The notes under the pieces: model-generated
Seen by the model: the letters and a program-made list of their open reading frames with translations, nothing else
Told to the model about the DNA's origin: nothing
The model's database searches: none
Program-made: the position numbers and the translations under genes
Shown here: positions 40,097 through 49,178 of the stretch, piece after piece
Numbering within the stretch: the stretch's first letter is position 1
Layout: each line of letters opens with the position of its first letter
From: Chloroflexota bacterium
GTDB lineage: Bacteria > Chloroflexota > UBA11872 > VXNJ01
DNA: 64,000 nt
Assembly (NCBI GenBank): GCA_026707405.1
Contig: JAPOWW010000001.1
Location: forward strand, 192,136 to 256,135
Direction: 5' to 3'

Positions 40097-41581
40097 CTAC
40101 CAGGGCCAGGCTTGCGGTTCGCCGGTGTCCATGTCGAGCGTCCAGGCCTCAAACGACCGTCTGATTAGCTCGTTGCGAATCGGGTCTCGACCAGGCTCAA
40201 GCCAAAGATCGTCGAACTCATGTGGGTCGTTATGGAGATCGAAAAGCTCGCCCAATCCGGCGCCGTGATAGCAAACTAGCTTCCAGCGCTCGTCGCGGTA
40301 CATCGTTGCGTAGGCGGGTATTCCTTCCGGGGAATGGTAGAAGTACTCGCATCGCACGAACTCCTTGTGATGATCAGGAGACGCGCCGCCGGTGAGAATA
40401 GGCAGCAGCGACCGTCCCTGAACGTGGGCGGGAACCGGCAGACCGGTGATCTCCAGAAGCGTCGGCACGATATCCACAAGCTCGACTAACGCGTCGCTCT
40501 TCAGTCCCGCCTTCGCTCCGGCGGGAAAGGACCATAGCAAGGGCACTCGCACAAGTCCTTCGTAAAACCTCGCTCCCTTCATCACAAGCCCGTGGTCGCC
40601 CAGCGCCTCGCCATGGTCGCTGGTGAAGATGATGACGGTGTTCTCGCGAAGACCGGCCGATTCGAGCCAGTCCAGCAGCCGTCCTATTTCGTGGTCGATA
40701 AGCTCGATCATCGCGTAGTAAGCGGCTTTTAGCTGGCGGGCTCTGATCACGTCGAGCGGGTACGGTCCCACGGCAAATGGGACTTGCGCTAAACGCTCCT
40801 GCCGGTGGAGATCGCTATCGCGAAAGGGGGGATCGCTCAACGTCTCCGGCGGATAACGCTTGTAGTAGTCCCAGGGAGGATCCGAGGGAGGATGCGGGTC
40901 GAACGCATTGACGCTGAGGAACCAGGGGCGCTCGCGGGGCTGGGATATGAACTCGATAGCCTTATCGGTACACCACCTGGTCTGGTGCAGCTCCGGCGGC
41001 GCATTATCCGAACCGGGCGTGGGTACCTTTAGTCCAGCCCATCCGTTTTCAGGAGTTACCACCCTCAAACCGGGCGAGTCGTATGTGTCGATTGCGTCAA
41101 CGGGATCGTGGCCCTGAAGCCGTACCCATTCGAGGTATGAATCGCCATCTGGCCAGTACCGATAGGGCATGTGGCTGTATTGGAAATAATCGAAGCCGTC
41201 GTCGCGGCGGTTCTCGGGTCCGTTGTGCGCGCCTGCCAAGTGCAGCTTGCCGATCAGACCGCAGTCGTAACCGGCGTCGGACATGATACGGCTTATGAGT
41301 TTGTCGACAAGGCTCGCGGGGTAGGTCTCGCACCCGTTGCGAATGACGTGATTGGCGCTCGGGTACATTCCGGTCAAGAAGCTGGCACGGCTCGGCGTGC
41401 AGACGGGGTTCTGGCAATAGGCATGGGTGAAAGCCGCGCCCTCGGCCGCCAGCCTGTCGAGATGGGGCGTGCGAATCTCGGAATTGCCGAGAGCGGCTAT
41501 TGTGTCAAAACGCTGCTGATCGGTGCAATACAGCAGTATGTTCGGACGCTCGTTAGGGCCGCCTTGCCCGGAGACTGCCAC
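40097..41581 (-). CDS. Cys-type sulfatase (arylsulfatase family S1)
   Basis: The CTPSRASFLTGMY formylglycine motif (C-x-P-x-R) is present, with the N-terminal metal-binding PNILLYCTDQQRFD. Confidence 0.9.
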   Translation of the reverse strand: MAVSGQGGPNERPNILLYCTDQQRFDTIAALGNSEIRTPHLDRLAAEGAAFTHAYCQNPVCTPSRASFLTGMYPSANHVIRNGCETYPASLVDKLISRIMSDAGYDCGLIGKLHLAGAHNGPENRRDDGFDYFQYSHMPYRYWPDGDSYLEWVRLQGHDPVDAIDTYDSPGLRVVTPENGWAGLKVPTPGSDNAPPELHQTRWCTDKAIEFISQPRERPWFLSVNAFDPHPPSDPPWDYYKRYPPETLSDPPFRDSDLHRQERLAQVPFAVGPYPLDVIRARQLKAAYYAMIELIDHEIGRLLDWLESAGLRENTVIIFTSDHGEALGDHGLVMKGARFYEGLVRVPLLWSFPAGAKAGLKSDALVELVDIVPTLLEITGLPVPAHVQGRSLLPILTGGASPDHHKEFVRCEYFYHSPEGIPAYATMYRDERWKLVCYHGAGLGELFDLHNDPHEFDDLWLEPGRDPIRNELIRRSFEAWTLDMDTGEPQAWPW

Positions 41582-41652
41582 TCTCTACGCCGCCCACGCG
41601 GACGGCGGCGGCACCGGGATGTTTGCGGGGGCGGAACGGCAAGGCGGCATGG

Positions 41653-42543
41653 CTATCCCTTGATTCCCGTCAGAGTAACGCCCTGCGTGAAATAGCGCTG
41701 CGCAAAGCCGAATACGACCACCATGGGCGCGACGGAAGCGAAAGCCGCGGCCATCATGAGGTTCCAGAACTGGATGTCCTCGCCCGTCGCGTCGATCATG
41801 GCGCTGAGGGCGATGCTTATCGTCCACTTCGTCCTGTCGGTCAGAAAGACGAGCGGGTAGAGGAAGTCGTTCCAGACGTTGGCAAACGCGAATATGCCGA
41901 TGGCGATCAGCACCGGCCTTGACAACGGCACCATGATCTGCCACCAAATCCTGAACTCCGACGCGCCATCGACCCTCGCGGCGTCGGAGAGCTCCTGTGG
42001 GATCGTTCGATAGAACTGCCGGACGAAGAAAATGAAATAGGGCGTGCCGAAGAAAGCCGGCACGATCAACGGCAGGAAGGTGTTGACCCAGTTCATCCAC
42101 TTGAAGAGCAAGAACGTCGGTAGCAGTCTGACCGCCAGCGGAACGATCATCGTGCTGATCATGACTATGAAGAGGAAGTTCCGTCCTGGCGCGCGCAGCC
42201 GTGCAAAACCGTAAGCGACGAAAGAGGCCGACAGAACATCACCGACGATCACGAGCGCTGAGATCAGCGTCGTGTTGAAGAAGTATTGATGGAACGGCAG
42301 GAAGGTTAGCGCCTCAACGTAGTTCTGCCATACGACCGGACTGGGTATGTAGACGGGCGGGAAGCTCTCAACCTGGGTCGCTTCCTTGAGCGAAGTCGAC
42401 GCCATCCACAGGAACGGCAGGGCGAAGATGAACGCCACAATGAGAAGAACAAAATGGATGGCGGCGTGGCGCCCCACTCCGGGCGCGGACTGGAATAGTC
42501 CGCGCCGGACGTGCGTGGCGATTACCGCGACTCGATCACTCAT
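41653..42543 (-). CDS. Carbohydrate ABC transporter permease (MalG/UgpE-like)
   Basis: 6 TM helices and the EAA-like loop (LSDAARVDGASEFRIWWQIMVP) are present. Confidence 0.85.
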   Translation of the reverse strand: MSDRVAVIATHVRRGLFQSAPGVGRHAAIHFVLLIVAFIFALPFLWMASTSLKEATQVESFPPVYIPSPVVWQNYVEALTFLPFHQYFFNTTLISALVIVGDVLSASFVAYGFARLRAPGRNFLFIVMISTMIVPLAVRLLPTFLLFKWMNWVNTFLPLIVPAFFGTPYFIFFVRQFYRTIPQELSDAARVDGASEFRIWWQIMVPLSRPVLIAIGIFAFANVWNDFLYPLVFLTDRTKWTISIALSAMIDATGEDIQFWNLMMAAAFASVAPMVVVFGFAQRYFTQGVTLTGIKG

Positions 42544-43466
42544 GTCTCGTAGTGCACCCAGTGCCGGCTTGTGCCGAACGTAATTCCGGTTACGGCGAGC
42601 ACCAAAACGAACAGCACCGTCGCCATGGCCGACGCGTAGCCCATCTCAAAGTTCTTGAAGGCGTAACGGTAGAGATAGAGGACGTAGAAGAGCGTCGAAT
42701 TCAAAGGCCCGCCCCGCGTCATGATGTACGCGAAGGTGAAAACCTGGAAGTGCGTGACGAGACCGATTACGAGTAGAAAGAAGGTCGTAGGACTGAGCAT
42801 CGGGATCGTTACGTGCCACATGCGCCGCAGGACGTTGGCCCCGTCGATGGACGCCGCTTCGTACAGGTGGGTCGGGATGTTCTGCAAGCCCGCCAGCATG
42901 ATCACCATCGTCTGACCGACATACCAGAACGAGAGCAGAATTATTCCGGGCTTTGACCAGTTCTCGTCTTGAAACCAAAGCGGGCTTGGAATTCCGAATA
43001 CGTCCAGAAGGTGCTTCACTACCCCCAGCTCAGCGTGCAGCAGCCACAAGAAAATCACCGAAGCGGCGGCGTGCGGCACGATCATGGGGAGATAGAACAG
43101 CGTTCGGTAGGCGCCTCTGCCATGAATACGGGTGTTGAGGAACATCGCGAGCGTGAACGCGATCAAAAGCTGTCCGGGCACGGATATCACGACGAAGTAG
43201 ATGGTATTGAGCAGCGTGATGGTGAAAAGGCGGTCGTCGGTGAAGATGCCGACGTAGTTTTCCAGCCCAACCCATTGCGGCGCCTTGAAGACGTTGTAGC
43301 GCGTGAAGCCGAGATAGAAGACGGCCACGATGGGGCCGGCGGTAAACACCAGGAACCCCAGCAGCCACGGCGAAAGGAACGTATAGCACCAGAGGGCCTC
43401 TCGCCGGCTTGCCGAGAGGCGGACCTTGCCGCCGGCCTGAGGCGCGGAAGCGTCTACAGTCGCCAT
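42540..43466 (-). CDS. Carbohydrate ABC transporter permease (MalF/UgpA-like)
   Basis: 6 TM helices and an EAA loop (YEAASIDGANVLRRMWHVTIP) are present. The gene overlaps the downstream permease by 4 bp. Confidence 0.85.
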   Translation of the reverse strand: MATVDASAPQAGGKVRLSASRREALWCYTFLSPWLLGFLVFTAGPIVAVFYLGFTRYNVFKAPQWVGLENYVGIFTDDRLFTITLLNTIYFVVISVPGQLLIAFTLAMFLNTRIHGRGAYRTLFYLPMIVPHAAASVIFLWLLHAELGVVKHLLDVFGIPSPLWFQDENWSKPGIILLSFWYVGQTMVIMLAGLQNIPTHLYEAASIDGANVLRRMWHVTIPMLSPTTFFLLVIGLVTHFQVFTFAYIMTRGGPLNSTLFYVLYLYRYAFKNFEMGYASAMATVLFVLVLAVTGITFGTSRHWVHYET

Positions 43467-43588
43467 GGCATGGTCCGCCCCTGTACGGCTACGCCGATAG
43501 ATCCCTTAAGCGCCCGCTGATACACGGCCGCGGCGCAACTCTCAGAAATCGAAGGCAGTGTTGGTTACAGAAGGGTTCGACGCTATAT

Positions 43589-45142
43589 CTAGCCTCGCTG
43601 CTCCCACCACTTGTCGACTTCTTTCTGGGACTCGGTGGCGCCCCATTCGACGGCATCCTCGGGCGTGCGCTTGTGCAGCAGGGCCTCTTCCTGCATCTGA
43701 ATCGTGATATCGTTCAGCTTCTCTTGAACTGGCGATGCCGGGGAATGGACACTTAGATCCATTACTTCAAGCGCGAGTTTCCATTCGTCCGGGAAATTCT
43801 CGCCGAAGCGCGGGTCCTTATTGAATTCCTTAACCGGCGACGGTCTGACCTGTGCGATAAAGAACTCGCGGTTGCCCTCGTCGGTCGTGGTCCATTTGAG
43901 AAACTCCCAGGCCCCGTCGGGGTTCTTTACCCCAGTGGGCATGGCGTATCCCCACCCGCCTTCGATCATGTATTGGGTCTTGGCCGCCGGATTCCGGTCG
44001 TTGTAAGGAACGTGGGCGACTCCCCAATCGACGTCGGGAGCCTGAGCTCCCATGATCAGGAACATCCAGATACCGTCGAAAAGGCTCGACACCTTGCCTT
44101 CGAGGAAGGAGTTGCGGAATGCCGAGCCTCCGCTCACGATTGGCCGCACATTCTCGAATCCGCCGTAGGTGGTGTCATAGAAATCGACGAGCCAACGCAG
44201 CGCGCCCTTGCCCTCGTCCGAGTTGTAGAGCACCTGCTTACGGTCGGGGCTGCTGATGCGTCCGTTGTTCATAAATGTCCACGCGCGGAACCAGTAGTTC
44301 GAGCGGACACCGCCGAGCAGCGGATCGACGCCGACTCGCTCCACCTTGTCGCCATCGAGCACCGTCAGCTTTTCCGCCGCTTCTTCCAACTCGCTCCACG
44401 TTTGCGGCTGCATGTCGGGATCGAGGCCCACTTCCTGTGCTTGGGCTTTATTCCAGAAGAACAGGTTCACATTGGTGCTCGTGGAAAACGGAGCGGCGAA
44501 CATCTTGCCGTCCCAGGTGTAGACGTCGACCTCGTAGTCGAACCAGGTGTCCTTGGAAATGTTGTCGATTCGCAGCAACTCGTCGAGCGGCGTCAGCACG
44601 CCGTTGTCGGAGAATGCTACAAGGTGACGCTGGCCGTGGAGCATGATCACGTCGGGCGGATCGCCGCCGGCGATCGCGGTGAGGTACTTCTCGTCCATAC
44701 CTGTTTGCGAGATGAGCGTATGGCGGACTTTGATCTGGGGGTTAAGCTCCTCGAATCCCGCCACCTGGTCCTCGATCAGGGGCAAGCGGGGACCGCCCCA
44801 GACGTGCCAGTAAGTCACCGCCTGAGCCTTGACCATGGGCGCGGCTTCCCGAACAACCTTGGTGACGACTTTCTCGACGACCGTCTCTTTTTCGACTTCG
44901 ACGACCCTCTCGACCTCTACGACTTTCTCGACTTCCTTTTCGACCTCGACGGGGACTTCCTTGACGACCTCCCTGGTCACGACCCGCTCGACCGGCACCT
45001 CCTTGGTGACGACCTCGACGACCCGCTCGGTGACCGTCTGCACCTCGCCGCATCCGGCGATTGCAGCCGTGGCGAGTCCCAAACCGCCCGCCGATCCGGC
45101 AAGAAACCTGCGCCGCAAGATCTGGTTTCGCGAGTTCATCAA
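43589..45142 (-). CDS. Extracellular solute-binding lipoprotein (family 1 sugar SBP) with an N-terminal V/E/K-rich repeat tether
   Basis: A Tat/lipoprotein-type signal (RRRFLAGSAGGLGLATAAIAGC) is followed by about 60 aa of (V/E/K/T)-rich imperfect repeats, then a periplasmic-binding fold. Confidence 0.8.
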   Translation of the reverse strand: MMNSRNQILRRRFLAGSAGGLGLATAAIAGCGEVQTVTERVVEVVTKEVPVERVVTREVVKEVPVEVEKEVEKVVEVERVVEVEKETVVEKVVTKVVREAAPMVKAQAVTYWHVWGGPRLPLIEDQVAGFEELNPQIKVRHTLISQTGMDEKYLTAIAGGDPPDVIMLHGQRHLVAFSDNGVLTPLDELLRIDNISKDTWFDYEVDVYTWDGKMFAAPFSTSTNVNLFFWNKAQAQEVGLDPDMQPQTWSELEEAAEKLTVLDGDKVERVGVDPLLGGVRSNYWFRAWTFMNNGRISSPDRKQVLYNSDEGKGALRWLVDFYDTTYGGFENVRPIVSGGSAFRNSFLEGKVSSLFDGIWMFLIMGAQAPDVDWGVAHVPYNDRNPAAKTQYMIEGGWGYAMPTGVKNPDGAWEFLKWTTTDEGNREFFIAQVRPSPVKEFNKDPRFGENFPDEWKLALEVMDLSVHSPASPVQEKLNDITIQMQEEALLHKRTPEDAVEWGATESQKEVDKWWEQRG

Positions 45143-45173
45143 CCTACCTCCTCATCGCCGGGAACCCGGCAGC

Positions 45174-45506
45174 CTACTCTTTCAAGACCAGATAGATAAT
45201 CACTTTGACCTCTGGATCGGAGCCGTCTAGGTCCGCGCTGAGGCGGAGCCATCCTCCAAACTCCCGGAGCTTTATCGAGTAAAGTCCTTCCTCGCGCATG
45301 ACGGGCAGCTCGGTCCCCTCGTCGATCCAAAACATGCCGTCCGGCGAAATCTGCACTCGCGCCCTAAGCTCGGCGCCTTGTCTGATGCTCAGGATTCGCA
45401 CGAACCATCTGGCTTCCGACGCCCAGGCGCACTCGTGAGGCTCGGTGTCGAAACTCGAAGTGAAGACCGAGTTTCGTTCGACTACCGCGGTGTGGGACGT
45501 TCTCAC
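45174..45506 (-). CDS. Hypothetical protein (110 aa), no recognisable family
   Basis: The ORF is same-strand and tightly spaced within the SBP / unknown / HIBADH operon. Its composition is protein-like. No motif match was found by eye. Confidence 0.4.
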   Translation of the reverse strand: MRTSHTAVVERNSVFTSSFDTEPHECAWASEARWFVRILSIRQGAELRARVQISPDGMFWIDEGTELPVMREEGLYSIKLREFGGWLRLSADLDGSDPEVKVIIYLVLKE

Positions 45507-45511
45507 GCTCG

Positions 45512-46465
45512 CTACCAGTCGGCCGAAATCAGCAACGAATCGACGTACAGGAAATTGCGAACCGGCACCCGCGTACGCACGTTGATCTCAAGATTCAACA
45601 AACGGGCGAGCCCCCAATACGGAGAGTCGTGCACGGGTACAGGGATGTCGCGAAGGTCCATGACCTTGTCGTTGACCTGAAGCTCGACGTTGCGGCCCCT
45701 GCCGATGTCAAACACCCACCGCAGGTAGTGCCAGTTCACTTTGGACGGAATCTCGTTGTAGCAGAGCGGCTGATATCCGTCAGGAACATCCTCCCAGTCG
45801 GCCGGGTCCTGCACCTGGAAGTCCTCGAGCGGATGCTCAAGGTAATCGTCGGGGAACATGTCTCTGATCGTCCTGCGCGTTACCTGCAGCGACGTTTTGT
45901 ATTTCCAACGCCGAATCAAGTTGCCCTGAGCATCGGCGTTGACGTAGCGAAGCGCGCAGTGAGTTCGCCGTCCCTCGTCGTCGATTTGAATGTCGTTACC
46001 GATCATGATGTCGCCGAACTGCGCTTCCGAGGGATGGTAGTTTCCATCCCATTCCCGTCCGCCTTCGGGCACCGGCTCGAAGTTCCATTCGGACTTGTAG
46101 CTGAAGTACATCTCCATTTGCACCGGCCCAAGGTCTTGCCACGTGAGTCGCTTGCACAGTACCGCCATATGGTCGGGAACGGGCCGGGTAGCAGCCTTGA
46201 GGGCGTATGTACCCGACATCGGCCCGTGCGTGCCCTGGTCGAAGTACGTGCACGTGCTCAACTGGGCGGGATGAAAGTCACGGACGTAGCGAGCCATGTT
46301 GTCGAGATTTCCGTCTGTGTTGCCGATCAGCTCGCACCAGCCGTTGACGCCGTTGTCGAAGTCGTCGAAGCACAGGATTCGCGGGAGGGGATTGAACTTG
46401 CTCAGCTTCGGATCGGCCCGAAGCAACGCCAGCCTGAGGGCGTCTGCATCGATCACTCGGCGCAC
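45512..46465 (-). CDS. Hypothetical protein (317 aa), no recognisable family; candidate enzyme of the sulfatase locus
   Basis: A well-behaved ORF, Trp/Asp-rich and predicted beta-rich, sits between the HIBADH-like gene and the SBP gene on the same strand. No motif match was found by eye. Confidence 0.45.
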   Translation of the reverse strand: MRRVIDADALRLALLRADPKLSKFNPLPRILCFDDFDNGVNGWCELIGNTDGNLDNMARYVRDFHPAQLSTCTYFDQGTHGPMSGTYALKAATRPVPDHMAVLCKRLTWQDLGPVQMEMYFSYKSEWNFEPVPEGGREWDGNYHPSEAQFGDIMIGNDIQIDDEGRRTHCALRYVNADAQGNLIRRWKYKTSLQVTRRTIRDMFPDDYLEHPLEDFQVQDPADWEDVPDGYQPLCYNEIPSKVNWHYLRWVFDIGRGRNVELQVNDKVMDLRDIPVPVHDSPYWGLARLLNLEINVRTRVPVRNFLYVDSLLISADW

Positions 46466-46533
46466 CTCCCGCCTTCAAGTCGTTGGGGCTGCGAAAGTAG
46501 CGCACACTCCTCCAAGAATGTCAAGCAAGAATG

Positions 46534-47433
46534 TCAAGCGCTGAGCTCTACTCCCGCGACCTCCTCCCAAAGCCTTACCGCAGAGGTGAAGTTCTCCTCA
46601 CCGAAACCCTTGGCGGTCGATGCCGTGAACATCTGTTGAGTCACGGCGGCGTAAGGGGTTATAGACCCAATCCGAGATGCAAGCTCAGTCCCCAGGCGGA
46701 CGTCCTTCAAAGCGTGGCGAGTGAGAAATCCGGGCTTGAAGTCGCGCTCGAAGACCGAGCCTTCGAATACGGCTTCGAGCGACCTGTTCCAGACGACCGT
46801 CTTTCGGAACAGGTCGACCATGAAACCGATGTCCAGGCCAGCCTTGGCGCCCAGCGTCAGAGCCTCGGCGTCGGCCAGGATGATCGTAAACGCGAGCATG
46901 TTGTGGATCAGCTTGAGCGTCGACGCGGTCCCGAGCGGGCCGCAATATACGATCTCCTCGCTTAGCCGGTCCATGACGTGACGAACTTCATCCAGATCGG
47001 CCTCGTCGCCGCCCGCCAGGAGCCGCATGGTGGCGTTCTCGGCATCACGCGAAGAGCCGGTTATCTTGCACTCAAGCATTCGCACATCCTCCAGGCGAAG
47101 GCGCTCGGCAACGCGCAAGGTGGTGTCGGGGTCTACGGTGCTGAGGTCGATTAGCATCCGTGGCGGCTCTTGGGCACTCGCAATTCCGTCTTCACCGGTG
47201 ACGGCGTCATCCAGATGCTTGGGTTCAGGCAGCGCGGTCATCACGTAGTCAGTCTTCTCCGCCGCAAGTCTGGGCGAGGCCGCCGCCCTGCCGCCGGCCG
47301 CGGCCAGCTTCCCGGAGCGCTCCGATACGAGATCGAACCCAACAACGTCATGGCCTGCCTTCAGAAGGTTCTTGGCCACGCCGGAGCCGATAGCTCCGAG
47401 GCCGACAAAGCCGATGGTGAGACTCCGTTCCAT
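46534..47433 (-). CDS. NAD(P)-dependent 3-hydroxyisobutyrate dehydrogenase-family reductase (tartronate semialdehyde / sulfolactaldehyde reductase-like)
   Basis: IGFVGLGAIGSGVAKNL is the Rossmann motif, and the catalytic Lys lies in the GTASTLKLIHNM region. The longest ORF begins at 47457; the start is placed at the internal Met (MERSL). Confidence 0.8.
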   Translation of the reverse strand: MERSLTIGFVGLGAIGSGVAKNLLKAGHDVVGFDLVSERSGKLAAAGGRAAASPRLAAEKTDYVMTALPEPKHLDDAVTGEDGIASAQEPPRMLIDLSTVDPDTTLRVAERLRLEDVRMLECKITGSSRDAENATMRLLAGGDEADLDEVRHVMDRLSEEIVYCGPLGTASTLKLIHNMLAFTIILADAEALTLGAKAGLDIGFMVDLFRKTVVWNRSLEAVFEGSVFERDFKPGFLTRHALKDVRLGTELASRIGSITPYAAVTQQMFTASTAKGFGEENFTSAVRLWEEVAGVELSA

Positions 47434-47457
47434 TACTGCAAGCTCCTGCAAGGGCAA

Positions 47458-47582
47458 CTCTTAAGTTCGAGCCGAGATCCCGCCAGAGTGTACCCAAGAC
47501 GGAGAACAGGACGAGGCGGCCTGGGATACTATTTCCCGGCTATGGCAGTGCCAAATCACGAGTACCGGGTGGTTTTGGCTGA
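47458..47582. promoter_or_regulatory. Divergent intergenic region between the HIBADH/ABC operon and the sulfatase-dehydratase operon
   Basis: A 125-bp non-coding gap separates two back-to-back operons. It is the likely position of bidirectional promoters and a regulator binding site. No consensus elements were identified. Confidence 0.3.
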
Positions 47583-49151
47583 TTGCGGCGCGCCCGCCGA
47601 GTCGAGAGGCCGTCTTCCGTGACGAGTAGCGCCCGGCCCAACATCTTGTGGTACTGCACCGATCAACAGCGTTTCGACACGATCGGCGCGCTCGGCAATC
47701 CACACGTGCATACCTCCAATCTCGACCGGCTGGTGGAGGGGGGCGTTGCCTTCACCCACGCGTATTGTCAGAGTCCTATCTGCACACCCAGCCGCGCCAG
47801 CTTTCTAACCGGGATGTACCCGAGCGCGCTCCACGTCCACAGCAACGGGTCGCTGTACTTCCCCAGCGAACACACAATGGTGACCCGAATGCTCGCGGAC
47901 TCGGGCTACGACTGCGGCCTGGTTGGGAAGCTTGGGCTGGCGAACGGCGACGGCGCCGGAGAACCGCGGGTCGAAAGCGGATATCGATACTATGAATATT
48001 CCAACGGCCCGAAGGTGGGGCGGTCCAATGGCAACGATTATCTGAGGTGGATTCGTGAGAAAGGGCTTGATCCTGTCTCGATCCTCGGTCCGCCGTCGGA
48101 CATCGAACGATACGACCGCGCCGCATTTGCGGGATTCACGTCGAGCCTGCACCGCGGCGGACTGAAGTTGCCGACGCCCGACAAAGACAACGCGCCCGTC
48201 GCCCATCACCAGACGACGTGGTGCACGGAAAAGGCCGTCGACTTCATCTCGGAATCGCAGTTGTCCGACCAACCGTGGCTGCTGTCGGTAAACCCGTTCG
48301 ATCCTCACCCTCCGTTCGATCCGCCGTGGGAGCACTTCCGCCGGTTCGACCCGGAGACGATGCCCGGACCGCATTTCAGGGAGAGCGACCTGGGCCAGCA
48401 AGAACGCTTGAAGAACATCGACTTTCAGACCAAAGCCCGCAACCCGGAGGAATTTGACGCCCGCTCGGTACAGGCCGCTTACTACGCGATGATCGAGCTA
48501 ATCGACGATCGGCTTGGCGCCATTCTGGACGCCCTGGACGAGACCGGTCAGCGCGAGCGCACTGTAGTGGTGTTTACAACCGATCACGGCGAGGCCCTGG
48601 GAGATCACGGACTGTTGCTGAAGGGTTGCCGATTCTACGAAGGGCTTGTGCGGGTGCCGCTGATATGGTCGTGGCCGGGACACTTCAGCGCGGGATTGCG
48701 CAGCAACGCGCTGGTCGAGCTGTTAGACATCGCGCCTACACTGCTGGACCTGGCCGGACTCTCGATTCCGGAACGAATGCAGGGACGGAGCCTTCTGCCG
48801 GTTCTCGGCGGCAGGGCCGATCCCGATGAGCACAGGGATTTCGTCCGAAGCGAGTATTACGACGCGCTGCCGCTTCCCGATGGAACCATGGCGACCATGT
48901 ACCGCGACCGGCGATGGAAGCTTGTCGTGTATCACAGCCACGGTTTCGGGGAGCTGTTCGATCTGCAAGTCGATCCGCATGAGTTCGAGAATCTATGGGA
49001 CGATCCGGCGTGCCAGGCGGTGCGGGAGGACCTCTTACTCAAGTCCTACGACGCCTCGGTGATGGCCATGGACTGGGGGCCGCCGCTGGTTCAGAAGTAT
49101 GAGGACCGGCCAGCCTTTCGGCGGCCGCTGGGCAGGTGGGGCCGGAGATAG
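47583..49151 (+). CDS. Cys-type sulfatase, paralogue of the 40097-41581 gene
   Basis: CTPSRASFLTGMY and PNILWYCTDQQRFDTIGALGN are near-identical in motif to the first sulfatase. It is divergently transcribed from the ABC operon. Confidence 0.9.
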   Translation: MRRARRVERPSSVTSSARPNILWYCTDQQRFDTIGALGNPHVHTSNLDRLVEGGVAFTHAYCQSPICTPSRASFLTGMYPSALHVHSNGSLYFPSEHTMVTRMLADSGYDCGLVGKLGLANGDGAGEPRVESGYRYYEYSNGPKVGRSNGNDYLRWIREKGLDPVSILGPPSDIERYDRAAFAGFTSSLHRGGLKLPTPDKDNAPVAHHQTTWCTEKAVDFISESQLSDQPWLLSVNPFDPHPPFDPPWEHFRRFDPETMPGPHFRESDLGQQERLKNIDFQTKARNPEEFDARSVQAAYYAMIELIDDRLGAILDALDETGQRERTVVVFTTDHGEALGDHGLLLKGCRFYEGLVRVPLIWSWPGHFSAGLRSNALVELLDIAPTLLDLAGLSIPERMQGRSLLPVLGGRADPDEHRDFVRSEYYDALPLPDGTMATMYRDRRWKLVVYHSHGFGELFDLQVDPHEFENLWDDPACQAVREDLLLKSYDASVMAMDWGPPLVQKYEDRPAFRRPLGRWGRR

Positions 49152-49178
49152 CAGCCGGCGGCCGGTAAGGAGGCTTCG

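Noticed and set aside
43973-45230. 408-aa and 133-aa plus-strand ORFs, including a Ser/Thr repeat ORF
   Set aside because: They are antisense to the sugar SBP gene. The Ser/Thr repeat is simply the reverse reading of the V/E/K tether repeats.
45629-46639. 336-aa plus-strand ORF
   Set aside because: It is antisense to the 317-aa hypothetical gene and the HIBADH gene. It is Arg/Val-rich with no ribosome-binding context. The minus-strand genes fit the operon.
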